Below are positions 1-9,209 of a DNA stretch of 64,000 nt, piece by piece. Made by a program: the position numbers and the translations under genes. The stretch comes from an uncultured Pseudodesulfovibrio sp. (lineage in GTDB: Bacteria > Desulfobacterota > Desulfovibrionia > Desulfovibrionales > Desulfovibrionaceae): positions 50,486 through 114,485 of the forward strand of contig CAXXUE010000002.1 in assembly GCA_963662475.2 (NCBI GenBank), in the 5' to 3' direction. Every line of letters begins with the position of its first letter. Within the stretch, counting starts at the first letter, position 1. Below the pieces are notes generated by a model. That model did no database searches and was not told the DNA's origin. It saw only the letters and a program-made list of their open reading frames with translations.

Positions 1-60
1 AGACACGGGGTGCAGCGCTAGATCACAGGAATGACCGTGTGCGGTAAAAATGAGTTCCAT
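1..60 (-). CDS. 5' end of an unknown protein (MELIFTAHGHSCDLALHPVS...), runs off the window
   Basis: ATG at 60 preceded by AAGGAG; frame open to position 1; sigma54-like promoter upstream. Confidence 0.5.
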   Translation of the reverse strand, partial: MELIFTAHGHSCDLALHPVS

Positions 61-105
61 TATACGTCTCCTTGTTGGATTTCATTTACGCAATGTCTCC
101 TGCAA

Positions 106-121
106 TGCATGGGCCGTGCCT
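106..121 (-). promoter_or_regulatory. Putative sigma54 (-24/-12) promoter
   Basis: Minus strand AGGCACGGCCCATGCA has GG-N10-GC spacing, ~45 nt upstream of the ATG at 60. Confidence 0.5.
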
Positions 122-357
122 ACAAATAGCAGCACGCACACTATTATTTTATCCTACTGAATAAACAGTATAAAAATCTAGCAAGCGACAACGGTCGCAC
201 CAATATTGCGAGATGTAAATATGGCTGGCAAGATATGACCGAAAGATTGCGAGGGTAATGGCCTGACTTGGCAGGACCATGAAAACCGAGTCCCTTTTAT
301 GTCCTATCGGACAAAAAATCAGGAGGTTGGATCTACGTTCCGAGGGGGGGGGCCGAA

Positions 358-1044
358 TCAGGAATAGGAACGCAGACGGACAAAGACATCTTCCAATTTC
401 CGGCGCACAGGCAACGGCTCGGTGCAGGTGGCGAGCACATACTGCACCGTCTGGTGAATATGCTGCCACCTGGGCTTTTGCGGCAGGGACTCTTCGGCCA
501 GATACTTATCCAGAGTCTGCGTTCGGAAATAGCCGTCCCGTTCCATGTACACATTCCAAAGCCCGGACTGTTCGGCCAGGTCCGCCTTGGTGAAGCCGCT
601 GGCGGTCCAATATTCCAGAGCCAGACACATGGCTTTGACCGCCACTTGTCGCCTGGCGTCATCCTGGTTCGCGGGAAAGAGCCGGGAGCCGATCCTTTCG
701 AGCAGTTCGTCCAGAGAATTCAGATCCTCAAGGACTTCCTGCTGCCGAGCCGGGTCCCCGGCTTCCAGAGAGAGCACGGTTTCCTCAAGACTGAGAATCC
801 GCTGCCGGTTGTTGTTCAGTTCCCGGAACAGAGCAAGGGGAATCCGGGTTGTCTGAATTCCTTCGGTCGAGTCTGCCAGACGGACAGCCATCAGGAGCAT
901 GGGCTCGTCATCTATGACAAAGCCCGTCACGAAAAACACGGTCATGAGCCGTTGTCCGCCGCTGTCGACGAGCACGACGTTCTCGAAAACACCAGTCTGG
1001 TCCGAATCGCAGGGTCCGTCGAAAACACCGCCGATCAGGGGGGC
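358..1044 (-). pseudogene. 5'-truncated gene: C-terminal part of a large protein, probably a sensor/signalling protein, cut by IS21
   Basis: Frame of ORF 358..975 stays open up to the IS21 left end (PLIGGVFDGPCDSDQTGVFENVVLVDSGG...). The C-terminal motif ELAEQSGLW...RTQTLDKYL...LPQKPRW resembles tails of large hybrid sensor kinases (recall, unverified). Confidence 0.55.
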
Positions 1045-1161
1045 TGTGAATCGGCGTGCAAATATGACCCACCTGAGCCGGTAATCGGCGTCGAAATTTG
1101 ACCCACCCCGGCAAGCCCCTCAAGGTCACGAGAAAATCGTGACGGGAGGGCCAGCGAGGAG

Positions 1162-2673
1162 ATGCTGACGGTGGAAACAATTCGAAAGATTAAGGTGGCC
1201 CATGACCGGCATGAGACGCCGATCAGGCAGATATCCAAGAATTTAAACATGAGCCGGAATACGGTCCGCAAGGTGTTGCGCTCGGAGGAGACGCGCTTCG
1301 AGTACAAACGAGCGATCCAGCCCATGCCCAAACTTGGTGAATTCACGACCTGGCTGGAAAGCGAGTTGGAGCGGGATGTCGGGCTTCCACGCAAACATCG
1401 ACGCACGATCAAGGTCTTGTTTGAGCAGCTTCAGGGGCAAGGTTACGAGGGAGGCTATGATGCTGTCCGGCGTCATGTCTCCCGCTGGCGCGAAGCCGAA
1501 GGGCACAGGGTGTCGCAAGCCTTTGTCCCGCTGACTTTCGCCTCTGGAGAGGCCTACCAGTTCGACTGGAGCCACGAGCAACTCGAAATTGACGGCATGC
1601 CAATGACGGTCAAGACCGCGCACATGCGATTGTGCCATAGCCGGATGGTCTTCTGCTTCGGTTACCCTCGGGAGACCCAGGAGATGGTATTCGACGCCCA
1701 TCAGCGCGGCTTTGCCTTTTTCGGCGGATCTTGTGGCCGAGGTATTTACGACAACATGAAGACCGCAGTGAACAAAGTTCTACGCGGCAAGCAACGCGAA
1801 CTCAATTCCCGCTTCGAGCAGATGTGCACTCATTACCTGGTGGACCCCACGCTGTGTACGCCTGCTGCTGGCTGGGAAAAAGGGCAGGTGGAAAATCAAG
1901 TCCATCTGGTACGTACTCGTTTTTTATCCGGCAGATGGCGTTTCGGGAGCCTTGAGGAGTACAACGCCTGGCTGCTGGAGCGAGCTATTGGTTGGGCCAA
2001 GACTCAGGCTCATCCGGAGATTACGGACAAGACGATCTGGGAGGTCTTCCTGCAGGAGCGTGAAAACCTAATCAAGCCCGCAGCCCCTTTCGATGGCTAC
2101 CGTATTCAGGAATGCCGGGTTTCCTCCACATGTCTGGTGCGGTTTGATCACAACCGGTACAGCGTACCCTGCGAGGCGGCTGGACAGGCGGCGCAGATCA
2201 AGGCGTACGCCGACCACATCTCGGTGATTCGCGATGGCCGGGTGCTGGCCGTACATGCCCGCCGATTCGGCAGAGAAAAGACTGTCTATGACCCGTGGCA
2301 CTACGTGCCTGTCCTGGAGCGTAAGCCCGGAGCGCTCCGCAACGGCGCTCCCTTCCAGGACTGGAGGCTTCCTGCGCCGATGGAGCAAATCCGTCTGTCC
2401 CTGCGGCGGCATAAGGACTGGGACCGACAGTTTGCGGGTATCCTGACAGCGGTGCCCAGCCATGGACTCCAGGCAGTAACCGACGCCTGCCAGGCGGCCC
2501 TGGACCAGAACACGGTGAGTCGGGACGTGGTCCTTAACATCTTGAACCGCTCCCGTGATCAAAGGCCAACCCAAGAGGTTTGCGTCCCCGATCACCTCAG
2601 GATCAAATGCGAGCCTGTGGCCGACTGCGGACGTTATGACCAGCTATTGGAGGCGAGCCATGCTTCGCAATGA
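1162..2673 (+). CDS. istA: IS21 transposase IstA (DDE)
   Basis: N-terminal HTH, QFDW, YDNMKT and KGQVE motifs typical of IstA. Confidence 0.95.
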   Translation: MLTVETIRKIKVAHDRHETPIRQISKNLNMSRNTVRKVLRSEETRFEYKRAIQPMPKLGEFTTWLESELERDVGLPRKHRRTIKVLFEQLQGQGYEGGYDAVRRHVSRWREAEGHRVSQAFVPLTFASGEAYQFDWSHEQLEIDGMPMTVKTAHMRLCHSRMVFCFGYPRETQEMVFDAHQRGFAFFGGSCGRGIYDNMKTAVNKVLRGKQRELNSRFEQMCTHYLVDPTLCTPAAGWEKGQVENQVHLVRTRFLSGRWRFGSLEEYNAWLLERAIGWAKTQAHPEITDKTIWEVFLQERENLIKPAAPFDGYRIQECRVSSTCLVRFDHNRYSVPCEAAGQAAQIKAYADHISVIRDGRVLAVHARRFGREKTVYDPWHYVPVLERKPGALRNGAPFQDWRLPAPMEQIRLSLRRHKDWDRQFAGILTAVPSHGLQAVTDACQAALDQNTVSRDVVLNILNRSRDQRPTQEVCVPDHLRIKCEPVADCGRYDQLLEASHASQ

Positions 2674-3412
2674 CATCTTGGCTTTGCTCAAAGAGCTCAA
2701 GCTGCATGGCCTGCGCGGAGCTTACGACGAGATGCTTGAGCACGGTCGTCGATCCGGGGCCACTCTGGAACGGTTTCTGTTAGATCTGCTCAAGGCGGAA
2801 CAGGCCGAGCGCCGCGTACGCAGCATCCGATACCGCCTGGGGATCGCCAGATTTCCCGTGAGCAAAGATCTGGACGGTTTCGACTTCCAGGACTCGCACG
2901 TCGGTGAGGCCAGGATCAGGGATCTATACCAGGGCGGCTTCATGGAGAGCTGGATCAATGTGGTCTTTGTAGGCGGCACGGGCACCGGAAAAACGCATTT
3001 AAGCATCGCCATCGGCTCCAATGCCGTGCGCAACGGCGCCCGAGTGCGCTTTTTCAATCTGGTGGACCTCGTCAACCAGCTCAAGCAGGAAAAGGCGGAC
3101 GGCAAGGCCGGACGGCTGGCCGAGACTTTGGCGCGCTTCGACTTGGTCATCCTGGACGAACTCGGCTACCTGCCGTTTTCCAGGTCAGGAGGCCAGCTGC
3201 TCTTTCACCTGCTCTCAAAGCTCTACGAGAGGACCTCGGTGCTGATCACCACGAACCTGAGCTTCGGGGAGTGGTCACAGGTCTTTGGAGACGCCAAGAT
3301 GACCACGGCCCTGTTGGACCGCGTCACACATCACTGCGAGATCATCGAAACAGGCAATGAAAGCTGGAGGCTGAAACAAGGCAGGGGACAGCACCAAGGG
3401 CAGGACGCATAA
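2660..3412 (+). CDS. istB: IS21 helper ATPase IstB
   Basis: Walker A GGTGTGKT, Walker [13 protein letters not shown] and ALLDR motifs; ATG at 2660 with GGAGG, overlapping the istA stop. Confidence 0.95.
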   Translation: MLRNDILALLKELKLHGLRGAYDEMLEHGRRSGATLERFLLDLLKAEQAERRVRSIRYRLGIARFPVSKDLDGFDFQDSHVGEARIRDLYQGGFMESWINVVFVGGTGTGKTHLSIAIGSNAVRNGARVRFFNLVDLVNQLKQEKADGKAGRLAETLARFDLVILDELGYLPFSRSGGQLLFHLLSKLYERTSVLITTNLSFGEWSQVFGDAKMTTALLDRVTHHCEIIETGNESWRLKQGRGQHQGQDA

Positions 3413-3416
3413 GCGT

Positions 3417-3479
3417 CGGCGGCAGGGTCGGGAATTCCGGTCGCCCTCCGGGCTCCCTCCATTCCCGACCCTGCCGCCG
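3417..3479. repeat. 19-bp perfect inverted repeat inside the IS21 right end
   Basis: CGGCGGCAGGGTCGGGAAT (3417-3435) / ATTCCCGACCCTGCCGCCG (3461-3479). Confidence 0.85.
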
Positions 3480-3575
3480 CCCCCGGAAAAGCCTCCCCCC
3501 AACACCCGAAAATCACGTTCGGGGTGGGTCAAATTTCGACGCCGATGATGGGTCAACTTTCAACGCCGATTGACA

Positions 3576-4403
3576 TACACACAAATTGTCATGGAACTGA
3601 AGTTCCAAATCCGTGAAACACAATCCGTTCTAGACAACCAAAAAGAAGAGTATGACGGTCTTTGTTCAGAATTGCCTCACATAAAAACGGCCTTAGACGG
3701 TGTTCAGAACGAACTGCATAATCAGATTAGCCATGTTACTCCTTCCCAGGCTGCTATTGAATCTATCTCCAAAGAGATTGGGTTTATTGAAGCCCGCATT
3801 CAACAAGAAGAAGGGAAATTGCAACACGCAACAAAACTTGAAAGCCTTTATGAACAAAAAAAGGGGCTTAACGAATCTATTTCAGACTTGAATGACAAGT
3901 TAGATGAGCTTGATGCTCTCAATAGAGATAGGGATTTAAATGTCAGAAAGCGGCTTGAGGCGAAGGTATTAAACCTAATCCAAAAAGACGATGGAGATGA
4001 GAAGAGCTTCGACAACCCACAATCATTTAGTTTCGATTTTAGAGCCGATAAATACTCCCTGGATGGGAAACAAAAAATCTCCGACAGCTCTATGGTGATT
4101 CTTAAGAATTCTCTAGGCTTGGCCCTCTTCTTAGAATCAATAACCGATCCTCAAATAAGAATTCCAAAATTTATGCTGTTTGACAATATTGAAGATAACG
4201 GGATGCGCGAAGAGAGAAGTGGTAATTTTCAACGCCTGATTGTTGCTGAATGTGAAAAAATGAAGAACAAAGGAGAGTTCCAGCTTATTATGACCACATC
4301 CATGATCGATAAGGAACTAGAAGGCTCCAAATATTGCGTTGGGCCATTTTATGATCGCAATACCCCAACCCTAGACTTCTCAAAGTGTAATCTTCTGCTA
4401 TAA
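3576..4403 (+). pseudogene. 5'-truncated coiled-coil ABC/AAA ATPase (ABC three-component-system type), C-terminal half
   Basis: Frame begins at the IS21 right end; coiled coil, then signature-like SDSS, Walker B MLFDNIED and LIMTTSM; no Walker A; AT-rich relative to flanking DNA. Confidence 0.65.
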
Positions 4404-4546
4404 AGACTAAACGCACTTCGATTGGTCTAGTAGCGGGACTTAGGAGGACTGTATACCTAAAAGACTGCTGTCAATTTAACGGAAGATAGCCCTTCGTCCT
4501 CTAACAATCCAATATTTCCTGCCGGGTGGCGTCCTGCACGGACGGC

Positions 4547-4582
4547 GGTACTTTCTTGGCTGAGCCGCCCCAAGAAAGTACC
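4547..4582. repeat. 13-bp hairpin of a structured intergenic repeat
   Basis: GGTACTTTCTTGG / CCAAGAAAGTACC perfect inverted repeat. Confidence 0.7.
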
Positions 4583-4737
4583 AAAGAAACTCGGCTTTTT
4601 TGTGCTCCGCCGCCTGGCGATCACAGGCAAAGAATCTGATCAAAGCGGGACGGCTCCCTCTTCGCAGCTTCACGCTCATTGCCAATCTTACAAACCATAG
4701 GCCGTCCGAGACAAGCCTGATTTTTGGAAATAGAGCC

Positions 4738-5627
4738 GCCTTACCCGCTTTGTCAGCTTCTAAGCCCTGTGCTCGATGGCTGCCGCAGGTCTGCGTAAGG
4801 GCATTCCCTAAAAAACAAGCCGAAACGCGAACAGGTGCACCCGTACTCCAAATTCCGGCGAACGCACTGGCCTTTCGGCACTTACACGCGCCCTCACGAA
4901 CAAGCCATCAAACCCATTACGGCTTGGAGGGTGACAAAGCGGCGGGAGCGGCTCTTTCGAATCACCGGAGGGAGCGCAGCGCACGACCTTGATTCGGGAG
5001 CGAAGCCGCTTTGATCAGCCTCCTGCCGCAATGGGGGGCGGGTAAACGAGGCACCCCAAAGGCGGTTTTTGCTTACTTTTGAGCGCCTTGGTTCAAAAGT
5101 AAGTCGTAGCCGAAGGGTACGAAATCCTTGCATCCGCATGTGTCGCCGCCAAAAGCGGCTTTCCCATCTGCCTTTCAGCCTTACCCGCTTTGTCAGTTTC
5201 TAAGCCCTGTGCTTGATGGCTGCCGCAGGTCTGCGTAAGGCCATTCCCTGAAAGGCTAGCAGCAGCGCGAGTGCTCTGGCCTTGCTCCAAATCTCGGCTA
5301 ACGTACTGGCCTTGCGGCACTGTCCCGCGCCCGCACGGATAAGCCATCAACCCCATTGCGGCTTGGAGGGTGACAAAGCGGCGGGAGCGGCTCTTTCGAA
5401 TCACCGGAGGGAGCGCAGCGCACGACCTTGATTCGGGAACGAAGCCGCTTTGATCAGCCTCCTGCCGCAATGAGGGGCGGGTAAACGAGGCACCCCAAAG
5501 GCGGTTTTTGCTTACTTTTGAGCGCCTTGGTTCAAAAGTAAGTCGTAGCCGAAGGGTACGAAATCCTTGCATCCTCATTTATCGCCGCCAACAGCGGATT
5601 CCCCTTCTGCCTTTCAGCCTTTCCCGC
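4738..5627. repeat. Two tandem ~440-bp structured intergenic repeat units
   Basis: GCCTTACCCGCTTTGTCAG at 4738 and 5178; GGCTTGGAGGGTGACAAAGCGG at 4921 and 5360; each unit has nested inverted repeats. Confidence 0.9.
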
Positions 5628-5726
5628 TTTCCCACTTTGCCGCTTTCACAAACAAAAAAGCCGCCCATTATAGGGCGGCATCCATTTCTCTCTTCAAGTC
5701 CGAGCCGAAAAATTCAAAAACCGAAG

Positions 5727-6377
5727 CTACCGCTCTTCCCCCAGGGAATCGAGTGTCTCCTTGAGCCGCTTCCGCTCCACCGCCAGCGTATCGACATTCA
5801 GCTTCTCCGTTGTCACGGCATACGGCTCGCCGAACACCAGCTCGCAACGGGAAAAGAACCAGGGAAGCTGAAACCGGTCCCAGGCATTGGCAAAAACTTT
5901 TTTCCTGGATGTGTAGGCCCGGATGGGAACGATCTTGGCCTTGGCCCGCTGGGCGAGAAAAATGACCCCGTCCTTTGGCTCGTGGCGGGGGCCGCGCGGA
6001 CCGTCCACGGCAAATACCGCCATGCGATTCTCCCGCTCCATGACACGCTTGGCCTCCAGCAACGCCCGCACCCCCCCATGGGAGCTGGAACCCCGCACCG
6101 TGGTCTGGCCGAGCCCCTCCATGACCGAGGCCACGAACTGCCCGTCCTTGCTTTCGCTGACAATCCCCATCAGGCCCGTGGTGTAGACACACCCGTACCC
6201 GGCAATGGGAAACAGCTCGTCATGCCACAGGGCAATGACGAATCGCTCGCCTTCCCGATTCCGCTCCATTATCTTGTCCAGGGCTTTTGGCACGGTATAG
6301 CGCATGGATTTGACCCATAGCCTGAAAAGGGCAGCCATGGCCGGCGCGAATCGAATGGGATCAAAGGAAATTCTCAT
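5727..6377 (-). CDS. Lysophospholipid acyltransferase family protein (DUF374-like)
   Basis: WH motif, SESKDG, RGSS, DGPRGP acyltransferase blocks. Confidence 0.85.
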   Translation of the reverse strand: MRISFDPIRFAPAMAALFRLWVKSMRYTVPKALDKIMERNREGERFVIALWHDELFPIAGYGCVYTTGLMGIVSESKDGQFVASVMEGLGQTTVRGSSSHGGVRALLEAKRVMERENRMAVFAVDGPRGPRHEPKDGVIFLAQRAKAKIVPIRAYTSRKKVFANAWDRFQLPWFFSRCELVFGEPYAVTTEKLNVDTLAVERKRLKETLDSLGEER

Positions 6378-6555
6378 CTGTCCTGCTTATGCGACAACGC
6401 TACAAAGAGGAGGGATACGAAAGATATCCCACAGTACGGCACGGTTGACGTGACCACAATGAAAAAAAACAATCACTTCCAGCCGCCTTTCACTAACACC
6501 GCATGCCGTTCTCCCCCTCTCTTGACTCAGGGCGCCGGAGGCGTATCCTGAAATC

Positions 6556-7317
6556 ATGTCTAGGCAAACGCAATCTCCGGGCACGTTTCGATACCTGATC
6601 CTTTCGATCGGAACGTTCTTCGTCCTCCAGGCGATGGTTATCGTCCTGCACGAGTTCACCCATTCCACCACGGCCTGGCTACTCGGAGAAATGAAAAACC
6701 CGTTCGATATCGTCTGGGGAAACCCGGTGATCATGACCTGCTGGGACGAGGGCGTGGACTACACACAAATATTCAAACACGGTGACGACTGGCAAGGGGC
6801 GATCATCGGATTCATGCCGATCATCATGCACTCCGCTGCCGTGACCGTGGCCCTGTACCTCATGGGCGGGCAATGGCTCCCGAAACGGAAATGGCTATTC
6901 AACATCGTCTACTGGCTTACCGTGGTCAATCTCATGGAACTCATCGCCTATGTCTACATGCGCGCCTTTTCCGGGCACGGCGACATCGGCAATTTCGACC
7001 GGGGCATGTCCCTCTCGCCCTGGTGGATATTCCTTTTCGGCTCGGCCGCCCTGACCTGGGCACTGTGGCTTTTCTACCACAACGCCCTGCCCCGGCTACA
7101 AGATCTGTTTGCGAAAGACCACCCGACAACGGCCTGGACGATCCTGGTCATGACGTCCTTCCTCCTCTTTCTCTGGGGAAGCGGCATCCGGGTCATGGCC
7201 CATGTGAGCGGGAGCCAACGATTGTTCGGCCTCATCGGAGTCGTGGGATTCGTCACAACCGTATGGGCGTTCAAGTCGTGGTCGGGAACCGATGCCAAAA
7301 CCACCCCGAAAGATTAA
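6556..7317 (+). CDS. Integral membrane protein with HEXXH motif (M50-peptidase-like)
   Basis: VLHEFTHS following a hydrophobic helix; multiple TM segments; downstream GHGDI. Confidence 0.65.
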   Translation: MSRQTQSPGTFRYLILSIGTFFVLQAMVIVLHEFTHSTTAWLLGEMKNPFDIVWGNPVIMTCWDEGVDYTQIFKHGDDWQGAIIGFMPIIMHSAAVTVALYLMGGQWLPKRKWLFNIVYWLTVVNLMELIAYVYMRAFSGHGDIGNFDRGMSLSPWWIFLFGSAALTWALWLFYHNALPRLQDLFAKDHPTTAWTILVMTSFLLFLWGSGIRVMAHVSGSQRLFGLIGVVGFVTTVWAFKSWSGTDAKTTPKD

Positions 7318-7402
7318 ACCTCAAAACGAGACGATTCCAGCTCTCCGTTCCAGCATGTCGCTTGCGACAAAACAAAAGGAACAGCCTGCACAGCAGACTG
7401 CC

Positions 7403-7558
7403 CCTCAGGTTGCTTACAAACCCCAATTGGGCAGGCTGTTGAGAAAGGTTCGAGGGCAAGGCGCAAAAAAAGATCAGGGCCGACGCGTACTTCCTGTACG
7501 CTAGGATCTGATCTTTTTGCAGCAACGCAGCAATCGGGCCTTTGTCAACAGCCTGAGG
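7403..7558. mobile_element. 156-bp MITE, copy 1
   Basis: Ends CCTCAG/CTGAGG, inner inverted repeat CAGGCTGTTGA/TCAACAGCCTG, internal hairpin; near-identical copy at 56580-56735; flanked by a 25-bp direct repeat (7381-7405, 7560-7584). Confidence 0.85.
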
Positions 7559-7605
7559 GACAGCCTGCACAGCAGACTGCCCCTTCCTTTCAATTCGAAT
7601 CAAGC

Positions 7606-8844
7606 CTACCAGGCATAAAGCGGGAATTCACGGGCAAATTCCTCGACTTCGTCACTGATTTCCTTGAGCACCTTGTCGTCTTTCATGTTGTCCAATGCCG
7701 CAGTAATGGCCTCGGCCACCACGATCATGTCTTCCTCAATCATGCCACGGGTGGTCAGGGCCGGGGTGCCCAAACGCACGCCCGAGGTCTGGAACGGAGA
7801 CTTTGTCTCGAACGGGATGGTGTTCTTGTTGGCCGTGATGCCCGCCTTGTCCATGGCGATCTGGGCGTCCTTGCCGGTGTAGTCCTTGCCGGAAAGGTCC
7901 ATGAGCATCATGTGGTTGTCCGTGCCGCCGGAGACCAGCGTGTGGCCCGCCTCCATGAGCGAAGCGGCCAGCACCTTGGCGTTCTTGACCACCTGCTGCT
8001 GGTATTCCACGAACCCGGGGGACAGCGCCTCGCCGAAGGCCACGGCCTTGGCCGCAATCACATGCATGAGCGGGCCGCCCTGGATGCCGGGGAAGATATT
8101 GGAATTAAGCTCCTGCTCCAGGTCCTCGTTGGACAGGATCATGCCGCCACGGGGGCCGCGAAGGGTCTTGTGGGTCGTGGTGGTGGTGTAGTGGGCGTGC
8201 TCGATGCAGGACGGGTGCTCGCCAGCAGCGATGAGACCCGCAATGTGGGCCATGTCCACCATGAGCTTGGCCCCGACCTCGTCGGCAATGGCACGGAAAC
8301 GAGCGAAATCGATGATACGCGGATAAGCCGAGGCACCGGCAATAATCATGGTGGGCTTGTGCTCCTTGGCGAGCGCCTCCACCTGATCGTAATCAATGGT
8401 CTGGGTATCCTTGGACACACCGTAGTGCACCATCTTGAAAAGCTTGCCCGAGAAGTTGACCGGGGAGCCGTGGGTCAGGTGACCACCGTGGGACAGGTCC
8501 ATGCCGAGCACGGTGTCACCGGGCTGGCAGGCGGCAAAATAAACGGCCATGTTGGCCTGGGAACCGGAGTGCGGCTGGACGTTGACGTAGGATGCTTCAA
8601 AAAGTTCCTTGGCGCGATCGCGGGCCAATTCCTCGGCCATATCCACGAATTCGCAGCCGCCGTACCAACGCTTGCCGGGATACCCTTCGGCATATTTGTG
8701 GGTCATGACCGAGCCCTGGGCCTGACGCACGGCCGAGGAAACGAAATTCTCGCTGGCGATGAGTTCCAGCTTGGAGACCTGACGTTCGGTCTCTTTGATG
8801 ATGGCGTTAGCCACTTCCGGATCTTGGATGAGCAGTTCTTCCAT
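7606..8844 (-). CDS. glyA: Serine hydroxymethyltransferase
   Basis: [26 protein letters not shown] (PLP lysine); ATG at 8844 with AGAGG. Confidence 0.98.
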   Translation of the reverse strand: MEELLIQDPEVANAIIKETERQVSKLELIASENFVSSAVRQAQGSVMTHKYAEGYPGKRWYGGCEFVDMAEELARDRAKELFEASYVNVQPHSGSQANMAVYFAACQPGDTVLGMDLSHGGHLTHGSPVNFSGKLFKMVHYGVSKDTQTIDYDQVEALAKEHKPTMIIAGASAYPRIIDFARFRAIADEVGAKLMVDMAHIAGLIAAGEHPSCIEHAHYTTTTTHKTLRGPRGGMILSNEDLEQELNSNIFPGIQGGPLMHVIAAKAVAFGEALSPGFVEYQQQVVKNAKVLAASLMEAGHTLVSGGTDNHMMLMDLSGKDYTGKDAQIAMDKAGITANKNTIPFETKSPFQTSGVRLGTPALTTRGMIEEDMIVVAEAITAALDNMKDDKVLKEISDEVEEFAREFPLYAW

Positions 8845-8993
8845 GATGACATACCTCTTGCTAAATGGTGGATGCGAATGGCTTCCCACTCCGACCGGAC
8901 AACCGGCGGTCCCTGCGTCACAATCGACGGGTTCGACTTCAACATCGTTCCCGGCAGACGCTCTCGTCGTCCTCCGCGAAGTGGAGATCCGTC

Positions 8994-9021
8994 CTTATAT
9001 TGTCACGGAACGCTCGTTCAA
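8994..9021 (-). promoter_or_regulatory. Possible sigma70 promoter for glyA
   Basis: Minus strand TTGAAC-N16-TATAAG. Confidence 0.35.
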
Positions 9022-9035
9022 GGGTTCCGATTATT

Positions 9036-9140
9036 GCCTCTGGCAGCCCTACCGGGGGTCGCTTTCAGCGGGGCCAGAGAACCCTTTGAAAAGGGTTCTC
9101 TGGGCTCTCCCAAACTTTTTGGTTCCGCTTCGCGGGGGGA
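9036..9140. repeat. REP-like intergenic palindromic element
   Basis: 13-bp inverted repeat CCAGAGAACCCTT (9074-9086) / AAGGGTTCTCTGG (9091-9103) in a context resembling Desulfovibrio intergenic repeats. Confidence 0.6.
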
Positions 9141-9209
9141 GACGCCAAATGCACTTTGTTGAACAACCCGCACCGGAAGCGCATATGGGGTTTCAACCCA
9201 ATCGCGTAC

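Larger units (their letters stand above)
1045..3575 (+). mobile_element. IS21-family insertion sequence
   Basis: istA+istB pair; TG...CA ends (TGTGAATCGGCGT at 1045, ACGCCGATTGACA ending at 3575); internal repeats ATCGGCGTCGAAATTTGACCC at both ends; no target-site duplication. Confidence 0.95.

Noticed and set aside
4738-5627. CRISPR array or protein-coding repeats (ORFs 4894..5139, 5093..5578)
   Set aside because: Unit length is ~440 bp with only two copies and no cas genes; the ORFs are by-products of the repeat with no protein-like features
8905-9060. 6S RNA (rod-like fold, GTTCAAGGG motif)
   Set aside because: The distal arm belongs to the REP-like repeat, there is no clear central bubble, and the context is not the one I recall for ssrS; kept only as an unassigned structured region
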